A stretch of 64,000 nucleotides of DNA. It comes from Candidatus Omnitrophota bacterium (lineage in GTDB: Bacteria > Omnitrophota > Gorgyraeia > Gorgyraeales > Gorgyraeaceae). Every line of letters starts with the position of its first letter. Positions within the stretch are counted from its first letter, which is position 1. The translations under genes and the position numbers were made by a program. The stretch spans positions 10,930-74,929 of the forward strand of contig JAHJQM010000010.1 of the NCBI GenBank assembly GCA_018819285.1, read 5' to 3'. The notes below the pieces were generated by a model. The model saw only the letters and a list, made by a program, of their open reading frames with translations. It ran no database searches and had not been told where the DNA came from. Positions 51,054 through 61,288 of this stretch are shown one piece after another.

Positions 51054-51992
51054 ATGCATTTGAAAATAATATTTTTCGGCAGCTCAAATTTTGCTGTACC
51101 TATATTAGAGGCACTTGCTAAGAACGAGAATATTGTTCTTGTGATTACGCAGCCAGACAGGCAAAAAGGCAGGTCTCTTAAGATAGCGCCTACAGCGGTA
51201 AAATCAAAAGCCGGAGAACTTAGGATTGAAACGTTTCAGCCTGTAAGAGTAAATTCCAAGGAATCCATAGAATTTCTTAAAAAATTTAATGCGGATTTGT
51301 TTATTGTAGCAAGCTTTGGCCAGATACTTTCGAAATTAGTACTGAGTTTACCAAAATTATATTGCCTGAATATCCATGCCTCGCTTTTACCGAAATATAG
51401 AGGGGCGGCTCCTATAAACTGGGCTATTGCTAATGGAGAAAAAGAGACAGGCGTAACCATTATGCGCATGAATGAAAAAATGGATGAAGGGGATGTTGTT
51501 CTTAAGGAAATATTGCCTGTAAGCGAACAGGATAACGCTGTTACATTATCCGAAAAACTTTCTATAAAAGGCGCAAATATTTTATTGGATACTATAAGGT
51601 TAATAAGAAACAATGAAGTTGAATTTATAGCGCAGGATCATAGTAAGGCAACTTATGCGCCTAAATTAAAAAAAGAAGACGGCCTGATTAACTGGGCTAA
51701 TAGCGCTGATGAAATCTGCAATAGAATCAGGGCTTTTACGCCATGGCCAGGATGTTTTATCTCGCTGGATAAAAAAATACTTAAGATATGGAAGGCAGGG
51801 CCAATTACGGATTTGATTGATAAAAAGTCAATGCCTGGCACAATATTAGGAGTCAGTAAAAATGGCATACTGGTTAAAACAGGGAAAGGGGCTTTAAAAA
51901 TAGAAGAGCTTCAATTAGAAAGTTCGCGAAGAATGACTGCAAAAGAATTTATAGCCGGTCACAAAAATTTTTCTTGCATAAATAATTTTTAA
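51054..51992 (+). CDS. fmt: methionyl-tRNA formyltransferase
   Basis: Formyl-transferase N domain (HASLLPKYRG) plus C-terminal domain; 312 aa; conserved def-fmt gene order. Confidence 0.9.
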   Translation: MHLKIIFFGSSNFAVPILEALAKNENIVLVITQPDRQKGRSLKIAPTAVKSKAGELRIETFQPVRVNSKESIEFLKKFNADLFIVASFGQILSKLVLSLPKLYCLNIHASLLPKYRGAAPINWAIANGEKETGVTIMRMNEKMDEGDVVLKEILPVSEQDNAVTLSEKLSIKGANILLDTIRLIRNNEVEFIAQDHSKATYAPKLKKEDGLINWANSADEICNRIRAFTPWPGCFISLDKKILKIWKAGPITDLIDKKSMPGTILGVSKNGILVKTGKGALKIEELQLESSRRMTAKEFIAGHKNFSCINNF

Positions 51993-52020
51993 TGATATAA
52001 TTCAACCGTTGTATTAACAG

Positions 52021-52099
52021 TGGGAGTATATTAATTCCTTAACCAATTTTGCCCAGCCGCTATGTGAAGCGACTGGCAAAATTCAGTGGTGACTATACA
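52021..52099 (+). promoter_or_regulatory. 5' leader cassette L1, copy 3 (TTAATTCCTTAACCAATT … imperfect hairpin … AAATTCAGTGGTGACTATACAT + ATG)
   Basis: Seen in sequence. Confidence 0.7.
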
Positions 52100-53129
52100 T
52101 ATGCCAGAATTAAGACGAGATCCTGTAATAGGAAGATGGGTTATAATATCTACTGAGAGGGCTAAAAGGCCGAGCGATTTTAACATCAAGCATGCGGATG
52201 AACCAGAAATGGAATGTCCTTTTTGCGAAGGCCATGAAAAAAAGACGCCTACAGAAATATTTGCAATAAGAAAACCAGGCACAAAAAAAGATACCCCAGG
52301 CTGGAACGTGAGGGTTGTGCCCAGCATAGCTCCGAAATTCAAGATAGAAGGGGAACTTGAGAGGCGCGGAGCTGGGATGTATGATGTTATGAATAATATA
52401 GGCGCCCATGAAGTGCTAATAGAGTCCCCTAAGCACCTTACTGATATATATCAATTATCAGAACTTGAAATACAAGATGTAATTAATGCTTCTATCTATC
52501 GCATCAGCGAACTCGAAAAAGACATTCGTTTTAAATATTGCCTTTTATTTAAAAATCACGGATTGAAAGCAGGAGGCAGTAAGAAAACAAAACACCTCAG
52601 GTCTCAGCTTATCGCAACGCCTGTTACGCCTACAAGAGTCAAAGAGGAACTCAGGGGCTCCATGTTTTATTTCGAATATAAAGAAAGGTGTATTTTCTGC
52701 GACATTATACGCCAGGAAATAGAAACAGGCGCAAGGATCATAATGGAGACAAAAACCATTGTGGCAATTGCGCCTTTTGCTTCAAGGTTTCCTTTTGAGA
52801 TATGGATAATGCCTAAAATTCACAGGGCAGATTTTATGAATATACAGGCTGATGAAATAAAAGATCTGGCAAATGTTTTAAAGACAGTATTTGCTAAACT
52901 TTCAAAGATATTGAACGACCCACCATATAATTATATGCTGCATACAGCTCCTTTCAGGCGGACAAGAAGACCTGGATATTGGCATACGATAGAAGAGGAT
53001 TATCATTGGCATATTGAAGTTATGCCAAGGATAACGCAGGTAGCTGGTTTTGAGTGGGGTTCAGGATTTTACATAAATCCTACTCCTCCGGAAGAAGCGG
53101 CAAAGCATTTACGTGAGGTAATTTTATAA
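52100..53129 (+). CDS. galactose-1-phosphate uridylyltransferase-like protein (HIT superfamily); active-site HxHxQ replaced by H-L-R-S-Q
   Basis: RDPVIGRWVIIS N-terminus and CPFCEGHE zinc motif. Paralog of the next gene; the second (nucleophilic) His is Arg. Confidence 0.7.
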
Positions 53130-54133
53130 TGAGTCAATTGCGAAGAGATCCAATAACAGGAAGATGGGTGGAGATAGCTGTCTCTCATCCAAAAAAATGT
53201 AATGAATTTGACATGAAACCGCAGACTAAGAAAGGCGGGACATGTCCTTTTTGTCCTGGAAACGAAAAGATGACGCCTCCTGAAATAGAGGCAGTTAGAG
53301 GCCTTAAGACAGAGCCTGATACCCCAGGCTGGACAGTCAGAGTTGTCTCTAATAAATTTCCTGCGTTGAAGATAGAAGGAGAGCTGGATAGGCGCGGCAT
53401 AGGTATGTTTGATATGTCAAACGGCATTGGCGCACACGAGGTAATAGTTGAAAATACAGATCATTATAAAAACCTGGCTGACCTGACGCAGGATGAGATA
53501 AGAGATGTGATATCAAAATATAAATCCAGGACCATAGATCTGGAAAATGATGCAAGGTTCAGATATATTTTACTTTTTAAAAATCACGGGGAATCTGCAG
53601 GCGCGTCGCTTGAGCATTCGCATACCCAGCTAGTAGCATTGCCTATTGTGCCTAAGAGGGTTAAGGAAGAATTAAAAGGCGCCCAGAATTATTTTAAATA
53701 CAGAGAGAGATGCGTTTTCTGCGATATGATAGCGCAGGAGCAGCAGGAAAAAGAGAGAATAGTGTTTGAAAATAAACATTTTCTAGCATTTTGCCCTTTC
53801 GTGTCTCGCTTTCCATTCGAGATATGGTTATTGCCAAAATCTCATAGCTCTGAATTTAAATCAATAGATGATTCTGCGATTTACGATATGGCAGGCGCAT
53901 TAAAAGAAGTCCTTGTGAGGTTGAAATTAAGACTTAATGACCCTGCGTATAATTTTATAATTCACACTGCGCCTATTAGAGACGGGGTTTATGAAGAATT
54001 CCATTGGCATCTTGAGATAATGCCCAAATTGACAAATGTAGCTGGTTTTGAATGGGGTTCAGGCCTCTATATAAATCCTTCCTCGCCTGAAATAACTGCT
54101 AAGTGCTTAAGAGAAACGTGCACAGCAAAGTAA
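53129..54133 (+). CDS. galT: galactose-1-phosphate uridylyltransferase-like protein (canonical H-S-H-T-Q active site)
   Basis: RDPITGRWVEIA, CPFCPGNE and SLEHSHTQL motifs; 334 aa. Confidence 0.75.
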   Translation: MSQLRRDPITGRWVEIAVSHPKKCNEFDMKPQTKKGGTCPFCPGNEKMTPPEIEAVRGLKTEPDTPGWTVRVVSNKFPALKIEGELDRRGIGMFDMSNGIGAHEVIVENTDHYKNLADLTQDEIRDVISKYKSRTIDLENDARFRYILLFKNHGESAGASLEHSHTQLVALPIVPKRVKEELKGAQNYFKYRERCVFCDMIAQEQQEKERIVFENKHFLAFCPFVSRFPFEIWLLPKSHSSEFKSIDDSAIYDMAGALKEVLVRLKLRLNDPAYNFIIHTAPIRDGVYEEFHWHLEIMPKLTNVAGFEWGSGLYINPSSPEITAKCLRETCTAK

Positions 54134-54175
54134 AATATAATTCACATTAAGAGTAGAGAAAATAAAATAGGTTAA

Positions 54176-55288
<1,113 letters not shown>

Positions 55289-55295
55289 GTGAGGA

Positions 55296-55470
55296 CATGA
55301 CTTACGGAGTCCGAAGGACGACATAAGTCATATGTCCGAACTTATCCTCGCCATTTTGCGGGGGATTTGAACAAACTAGAAGCCGGTTATTTTAATGTAC
55401 TACGCAAAATGGCAAGGATTAATTCGCGCATTGACTTACGTTCACTCGCTATGCTCGTTCCGTAAGTCAA
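55296..55470 (+). other. ~175-nt intergenic region with nested long-range inverted repeats (GACTTACGGAG…TTCCGTAAGTC; CTCGCCATTTTGCG…CGCAAAATGGCAAGG; local hairpins)
   Basis: Seen in sequence; no ORF. Candidate structured RNA or regulatory region. Confidence 0.4.
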
Positions 55471-55481
55471 GCGCTCACTAA

Positions 55482-56159
55482 ATGGAAAATGCTGAGGCAA
55501 GGGAATTTTCAAAGAAGATACTAGCTATCCAGGAAGAGGAAAGGCATAGGATATCTCGGGATCTTCATGACGAGATAGGCCAATTCTCAGTATCTCTTGG
55601 CTCAGCGTTGAACATAATTGAAAAAGAGATAACGAAACGTAATCTCGATAGCGCCCTCCGCGTAATAAAAGACGCAAAAATAATCTTAGCTAATACAGCA
55701 GAGAAAATCAGAGCGCTTTTTATAGACCTGAGGCCTGCGGAGTTAGGCATGCTTGGACTTCCGTCAGTCTTGCGCGAACTTTTCTCGCATTACACAAAGT
55801 CATATCCTTTAAATATAAAATTCAAAGAAAATATAGGCAATATTCATATAAAGGAAGAGGTGGCGATTACCCTGTACAGGGTAATACAGGAGGCATTTAA
55901 TAATATTGTAAAGCATGCAAAGGCAAGAAATGTAAAGATAGAGTTATTGCTTAAAAAAGGAGAAATAAGTTTTACAATAGAAGACGATGGAATAGGGTTT
56001 GATGCAGAGGTATTTTTCAAAGATATAAACATGGATAAGCTTGGTTTACGTGGGATGAGAGAGCGGGTGGATTTATTGGATGGAAAGTTTTTACTGCAGT
56101 CTAAATCTAAGAATGGGACAAATATAAATGTAACTTTTCCAATAATTGAAGAGGCGTAA
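55482..56159 (+). CDS. cytoplasmic histidine kinase without sensor domain (HisKA_3 + HATPase_c)
   Basis: H-box RDLHDEIGQ; N, G1 and G2 boxes (DDGIGF, GLRGMRER); 225 aa; no TM or input domain. Confidence 0.8.
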   Translation: MENAEAREFSKKILAIQEEERHRISRDLHDEIGQFSVSLGSALNIIEKEITKRNLDSALRVIKDAKIILANTAEKIRALFIDLRPAELGMLGLPSVLRELFSHYTKSYPLNIKFKENIGNIHIKEEVAITLYRVIQEAFNNIVKHAKARNVKIELLLKKGEISFTIEDDGIGFDAEVFFKDINMDKLGLRGMRERVDLLDGKFLLQSKSKNGTNINVTFPIIEEA

Positions 56160-56812
56160 TGATGGCTATAGAAGTAGTCCTGGCGGATGACCATGCGATA
56201 GTAAGACAGGGCTTAAGCGCTGTGATATCTCAGGAACAAGATATAAAGGTTATCAAAGAGGCGTCAAATGGTAAAGAGGTTGTGGATATTGCAAAGAATG
56301 CTTCAGTGGATATATTCATAATTGATATAACCATGCCTATATTAAATGGCCTTGAGGCCTCAAGCCAGATAATGCAGATTAACCCAAGGAATAAAGTAAT
56401 TATACTAAGCATGCATGATAATAGGGCATTTATAGAGAGGGCTTTAAGCCTGGGAATAAAAGGGTATGTGTTAAAAGATTCAGCAGCCGATGAGATTATT
56501 CAGGCCATACGAGTAGTTTACAAGAATGAATATTTTCTTAGTCCTAGGATATCCACATTTGTAATACAGGATTACATTGATTCAAGAGGCCAGAAGATAG
56601 GAGAAAAAAAGATAGTCAGTCTTACTGGGAGAGAAAGAGAGGTTCTTCAACTTATTGCAGAAGGCTATATAAATAAGGAAGTTGCGACACATCTTAAGAT
56701 TTCTTTAAAGACCGCGCTTGCCCACAGAAATAATATAATGCAGAAACTCGGGATACACCGCCAAGCAGACCTCATTAAATATGCACTCAAAGAAGGTATA
56801 ACCACTATATAG
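56159..56812 (+). CDS. response regulator, NarL/FixJ family (REC + LuxR HTH)
   Basis: VLADDH…D phosphoacceptor region. C-terminal LTGREREVLQLIAEGYINKEVA…SLKTALAHRNNIMQKLG. Confidence 0.85.
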   Translation: MMAIEVVLADDHAIVRQGLSAVISQEQDIKVIKEASNGKEVVDIAKNASVDIFIIDITMPILNGLEASSQIMQINPRNKVIILSMHDNRAFIERALSLGIKGYVLKDSAADEIIQAIRVVYKNEYFLSPRISTFVIQDYIDSRGQKIGEKKIVSLTGREREVLQLIAEGYINKEVATHLKISLKTALAHRNNIMQKLGIHRQADLIKYALKEGITTI

Positions 56813-56944
56813 TAACCACTATATATTGTATAGGAAAAAAAGCTCTCTAAAGTAGGTAGTTATACCTATTTACAGATGCTGGGCTTTCTGGTATCATTTG
56901 GGCTCACGCGATTGGTGTCATACGCCAAAAAAAAGGAGGGGGAA

Positions 56945-57220
56945 ATGGCTATTAAGAAATGTTCGTCAAAAAAGGTGATTTTTAAGATAAGCGCGCCAAC
57001 TGCAAAGGATGTGCGCCTGGCAGGAGATTTTAATTCATGGGATGCATCTAGAGCCAATCTTAAAAAATCTAAAGATGGAGTATGGACAAGAGATTTGACC
57101 CTTAAGTCTGGACGTTATGAGTATAAATATTTAATTGACGGCCAATGGCAGAGAGACCCTTTAAATAATCTTTTCATAGTAAACGCTTTCGGTTCAGAAA
57201 ATTCAGTAATCGAGTTATAA
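56945..57220 (+). CDS. stand-alone CBM48/AMPK-beta-like glycogen-binding-module protein (~91 aa)
   Basis: VIFKISAPTAKDVRLAGDFNSWD…GVW…L…G.YEYKYLIDGQW matches CBM48. ATG at 56945 preceded by AAGGAGGGGG; the ORF opens at 56876. Confidence 0.55.
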   Translation: MAIKKCSSKKVIFKISAPTAKDVRLAGDFNSWDASRANLKKSKDGVWTRDLTLKSGRYEYKYLIDGQWQRDPLNNLFIVNAFGSENSVIEL

Positions 57221-57253
57221 GTTTACACTCTGACATTGTCAAAGTGTAAACTT
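57219..57253 (+). repeat. REP-like palindromic hairpin element, copy G (TTTACAC/GTGTAAA variant)
   Basis: AAGTTTACACTCTGACATTGTCAAAGTGTAAACTT. The TAA of the conserved ATAAGTT terminates the CBM48 gene. Confidence 0.9.
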
Positions 57254-57269
57254 ATTTAGGCGGAGGAGT

Positions 57270-58430
57270 ATGCGGATAGCCATATTTTCATGGGAATCTA
57301 TGCATTCTATTTGCGTGGGCGGGGTGGGCGTGCACGTTACAGAACTTGCATGCGGCCTTGAGCGTAAAGGCAATGAGGTTCATGTTTTTACGCGAGCTGG
57401 TAACTCTGATCAGGCATGGTATGAATGCATTCACGGCGTACATTACCATAGATGCCATTTTAACCAGAGCCCTGATTTTGTAGAAGAAATAAACAATATG
57501 TGCCGTTCTTTTGTGAATGCATTTTTCCAAACAGAGAGCGTCACAGGCCCTTTTGATGTGATTCATAGCCATGACTGGCTGACCTCAAACGCAATGGTCT
57601 GGATAAAACAGGTTAGGCCAAGCAAGGCTGTTCTTACTATACACTCAACTGAATATGGCAGGTGTGGAAACAATTTTCATGACGGCGATTCTGCAAAGAT
57701 CAGAGACCATGAAAGACATGGCACATACTGCGCAGACCATGTAATCAGTGTTTCAAATGCGCTTAAGGCTGAAATTCAGTGGATGTATAATGTGCCTGAC
57801 TGGAAGGCGGACGTAGTATATAATGGAGTTAATTACAAGAATTTTGACGGCTGGATAGATCCTGCGGCAGTCCGGCGTTATTATGGAATAGGGCCTATGG
57901 ATCCAATGGTTCTTTTTGTGGGCAGGATTGTTTATCAAAAAGGCCCGGATCTTTTGATAGAGGCTATTTCGCATATACTTAAATATTACAATAATGCAAA
58001 GTTTGTTTTTGTGGGAGACGGAGAGATGCGCTGGGGCGTGGAGGATAGGGCAAAAGAGATCGGCGTTCATCACGCCACAAGGTTTATAGGCTTTAATAAT
58101 GGATGGAAGCTTTCCGATCTTTACAAGGCAACAGACATTGTGTGCATGCCTTCGAGAAACGAGCCTTTTGGAATAGTCTTATTAGAGGCGTGGAGCGCAG
58201 GGAAGCCTGTGGTGGCCACTTCAAACGGCGGGCCCGGGGAAATAATATGGCATGACATAACAGGTTTAAAAGTTTATCCAAATCCTGAATCAATAGCATG
58301 GGGCGTAGGCACTGCGTTTTCAGATTTTGACCACGCAAGGTGGATGGGCGCTAATGGCAGGATTGCAGTTGAAACTGTTTTTTCCTGGGATGCTGTAGCT
58401 GACCAGGTATTGGACATTTATGGCCGTTAA
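57270..58430 (+). CDS. GT-B glycosyltransferase (family 4, glycogen/alpha-glucan synthase-like)
   Basis: N-terminal …VGGVGVHV…; C-terminal E-x7-E region EPFGIVLLEAWSAGKPVVAT; 386 aa; lies in the alpha-glucan locus. Confidence 0.75.
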   Translation: MRIAIFSWESMHSICVGGVGVHVTELACGLERKGNEVHVFTRAGNSDQAWYECIHGVHYHRCHFNQSPDFVEEINNMCRSFVNAFFQTESVTGPFDVIHSHDWLTSNAMVWIKQVRPSKAVLTIHSTEYGRCGNNFHDGDSAKIRDHERHGTYCADHVISVSNALKAEIQWMYNVPDWKADVVYNGVNYKNFDGWIDPAAVRRYYGIGPMDPMVLFVGRIVYQKGPDLLIEAISHILKYYNNAKFVFVGDGEMRWGVEDRAKEIGVHHATRFIGFNNGWKLSDLYKATDIVCMPSRNEPFGIVLLEAWSAGKPVVATSNGGPGEIIWHDITGLKVYPNPESIAWGVGTAFSDFDHARWMGANGRIAVETVFSWDAVADQVLDIYGR

Positions 58431-59670
58431 AAAACCAAAAATTAAAAAAAGAAATTCTATAGAACGCGTTTATAAAGATGGGAGAGAGGCTATTATAAAG
58501 GCTATGAAGAAGAAGCCGCTCCTACAAAAGAAAACTCCGCGAGTAACGGCTACTGTTTCCAGTGTGGTCAAGCCCGCTGTAATTCTAGAAAAAAAAGTAC
58601 AATCAACGCCCATAACAATAAATGAGTACGAACTCCCTTCTTATAACAATACAACAAGGATTACTTTGATAGCAAAAGACCCTTTCTGGGTATATGCTTA
58701 CTGGGAAATTGCCGAGAGTTCAATAGAAGACGTAAAGCGCCAGTTAGGCGGCAACTTGGACGGCACAAGGTTTATTGTCCGTATGTATGATGTGACATAT
58801 AAAGATTTTAACGGGTTTAACGCCAATCATTGGTTTGATATAGAAGTAGGCCGGTATTCAAATAACTGGTATATAAGCTTATGGAATGACAATGTATCTT
58901 ATTGTGCAGATTTAGGCATAGTCCATGCTTCCGGAAGATTTTTCCCGATAGCCAGGTCTAATTTTGTGCATACGCCTCGGTCCAATTCATCTAACAGGTT
59001 TGAAGAGATATGGATGGACCTTGCTCAGGAGCAGGAGCTCTCAGGTGCGCCGACGCCTTGCAATAAAATTAAAGGAGCTGCCTATCCTAAGACAGGTCAA
59101 AGGGTTCAATACGATGCAGCAGGCAGGTTCAGCTACTCTAGCGTATCTAAAAAAAGAAAGCTTTACCTTAGTGAAGCAGATTTAAGAGCGTATTACAGTA
59201 AATTTTCTCCTTTATTGAGAAAACGGTTGTTCTTGCGTATTTCCAGAAAAAAAATATACAAGTATTTATATTCCAAGATGTCAGGCGCAGAATGGCAGGA
59301 CTTGCTTTATTTTAGAAGGCTACATGAGGCAAAATTTGGCAGAAAGATTATGATTGGCGCCTCTGAATTTACATATCTGGGCGGAAGCGAAAATCTTCAA
59401 GGCGGGGCAAGCGAATTTGTCCAGCCGGATAAAAAACGCAAATTCTTTTTTGAAATAGGCGCAGAGCTTATTGTTTATGGCCGCACAGAACCTGACGCAG
59501 AGGTAATGCTTGGGGATAAAAAAGTGGATCTCAAGCCTGACGGAACTTTCAGCATGAGGTTTGCGCTTCCTGATGGGAAAATCCCGTTACCTTTTATAGC
59601 CACTTCAAAAGATAAAATAGATATTAGGAAAATTACAACCCAAGTAGAACGCAACACATCCTATGCATAA
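58420..59670 (+). CDS. DUF4912-domain protein
   Basis: …DPFWVYAYWEI…RMYDVT…WYISLW… central region typical of DUF4912, which is commonly encoded next to GH57 genes; 416 aa. Confidence 0.55.
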   Translation: MAVKKPKIKKRNSIERVYKDGREAIIKAMKKKPLLQKKTPRVTATVSSVVKPAVILEKKVQSTPITINEYELPSYNNTTRITLIAKDPFWVYAYWEIAESSIEDVKRQLGGNLDGTRFIVRMYDVTYKDFNGFNANHWFDIEVGRYSNNWYISLWNDNVSYCADLGIVHASGRFFPIARSNFVHTPRSNSSNRFEEIWMDLAQEQELSGAPTPCNKIKGAAYPKTGQRVQYDAAGRFSYSSVSKKRKLYLSEADLRAYYSKFSPLLRKRLFLRISRKKIYKYLYSKMSGAEWQDLLYFRRLHEAKFGRKIMIGASEFTYLGGSENLQGGASEFVQPDKKRKFFFEIGAELIVYGRTEPDAEVMLGDKKVDLKPDGTFSMRFALPDGKIPLPFIATSKDKIDIRKITTQVERNTSYA

Positions 59671-61288
59671 AGGTTATCTATGTTTAGTTCTTCATGCACA
59701 CCTTCCATTTGTCAGACATCCTGAAGAGGAGAATTTTCTTGAGGAGAACTGGCTCTACGAAGCCATCACAGAAACTTATATACCTTTTATACAAGTTTTT
59801 GAAAAATTAATCGAAGACCATGTGGATTTCCGCATAACAATGTCCCTGACGCCCACCTTGGCGTCCATGCTTCAGGACGAACTCCTTCAAAACAGATATA
59901 TAAGGCATATTGATAAATTAATAGAACTTGCTGACAAGGAGGTCCAGCGCACAGGCTATGACCCTAAATTTCACGGCCTTGCCCTGATGTATTACAGGAA
60001 GTTTGTGGAGACAAGAGAGATATTTATAGATAAATGCAAAAAAGACCTGGTATCCGCATTTAAAAGATTCCAGGATCTTGGATGTGTTGAGATACTTGCT
60101 TCCTGCGCTACTCACGGATTTCTTCCTATATTAGGTGTAAATCCAACTGATGCAGATGCCCAGGTAAAAGTTGGCGTTGAACATTACAGAAAGACATTCG
60201 GCAGGGACCCTGTTGGGTTCTGGCTTCCTGAATGTGGATATGCCCCAGGCATTGACAATTTTTTAGCAGACTCTGGGATTAAATATTTCTTTGTAGATTC
60301 GCATGGAATTGTAAACGCAGATCCAACGCCAAAGTATAGCGTATACGCGCCTTTATACTGCCCTTCAGGAGTTGCCGCATTCGGGAGAGACTGGGAATCT
60401 TCCAAGCAGGTCTGGAGCTCAAAAGAAGGTTATCCAGGAGACCCTGATTACAGGGAATACTATAAGGATATAGGCCATGAATTGGAGTATGAGTATATAA
60501 AACCGTATATTCATCCAATTGGATTCAGGATAAATACAGGGCTTAAATACTGGAGGATAACAGGAGGTACTGATCATAAGGAGCCGTATGTGCCTGAATG
60601 GGCAAAGGAAAAAGCAGCTACGCACGCAGGGAACTTTATGTTTAACCGCGAAAAACAGATAGAGCATATTGCGTATCATATGGACAGAAAGCCTATGATC
60701 ATTTCTCCTTATGACGCAGAATTATTCGGGCACTGGTGGTTTGAAGGCCCGATGTGGATTGATTTTTTGATACGTAAAATTGCGTATGACCAAAAAACAG
60801 TAAAGCTTGCCACGCCGTCAGATTATCTAAGAGAATACCCTGTTAACCAGATGTCGGTTCCGTCAACATCTACTTGGGGTTATAAAGGTTATAATGAGGT
60901 TTGGCTGGAAGGAAGCAACGACTGGATTTACAAACATCTGCATGTTGCAGGCGAGAGGATGAAAGAATTGGCTGAAAGATTTTTCGATTGCATGGAAAAG
61001 GACAAAAATGACCTGGAGAGACGCGCATTGAATCAGGCTGCGAGAGAGCTTCTCCTTGCGCAGGCAAGCGATTGGCCATTTATAATGAAAACAGGCACGA
61101 TGGTAGAATATGCTAATAAAAGGGTGAAGCTTCACATAAATAGATTTACACATATTTACAAGGATATGCTGAACGGCTCTATTGATAAAGAATGGCTTAA
61201 AGAGGTTGAATCAAGGGATAATATTTTTTCTGATATGGATTGTGCTAAATATTATATTCAAAACAAAATAAGTAAAGGAGTGGTATGA
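59663..61288 (+). CDS. glycoside hydrolase family 57 1,4-alpha-glucan branching enzyme
   Basis: LVLHAHLPFVRHPE N-terminus with downstream catalytic Glu/Asp regions (WLPECGY, SPYDAELFGHWWFEG); 541 aa. Confidence 0.8.
   Translation: MHKGYLCLVLHAHLPFVRHPEEENFLEENWLYEAITETYIPFIQVFEKLIEDHVDFRITMSLTPTLASMLQDELLQNRYIRHIDKLIELADKEVQRTGYDPKFHGLALMYYRKFVETREIFIDKCKKDLVSAFKRFQDLGCVEILASCATHGFLPILGVNPTDADAQVKVGVEHYRKTFGRDPVGFWLPECGYAPGIDNFLADSGIKYFFVDSHGIVNADPTPKYSVYAPLYCPSGVAAFGRDWESSKQVWSSKEGYPGDPDYREYYKDIGHELEYEYIKPYIHPIGFRINTGLKYWRITGGTDHKEPYVPEWAKEKAATHAGNFMFNREKQIEHIAYHMDRKPMIISPYDAELFGHWWFEGPMWIDFLIRKIAYDQKTVKLATPSDYLREYPVNQMSVPSTSTWGYKGYNEVWLEGSNDWIYKHLHVAGERMKELAERFFDCMEKDKNDLERRALNQAARELLLAQASDWPFIMKTGTMVEYANKRVKLHINRFTHIYKDMLNGSIDKEWLKEVESRDNIFSDMDCAKYYIQNKISKGVV

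Noticed and set aside
55296-55330. GUCCGAAGGAC hairpin as SRP RNA domain IV
   Set aside because: Superficial similarity to the GGAA-tetraloop helix 8 only. The conserved symmetric-loop AGG/AGCA residues and flanking helices of 4.5S RNA are not present.
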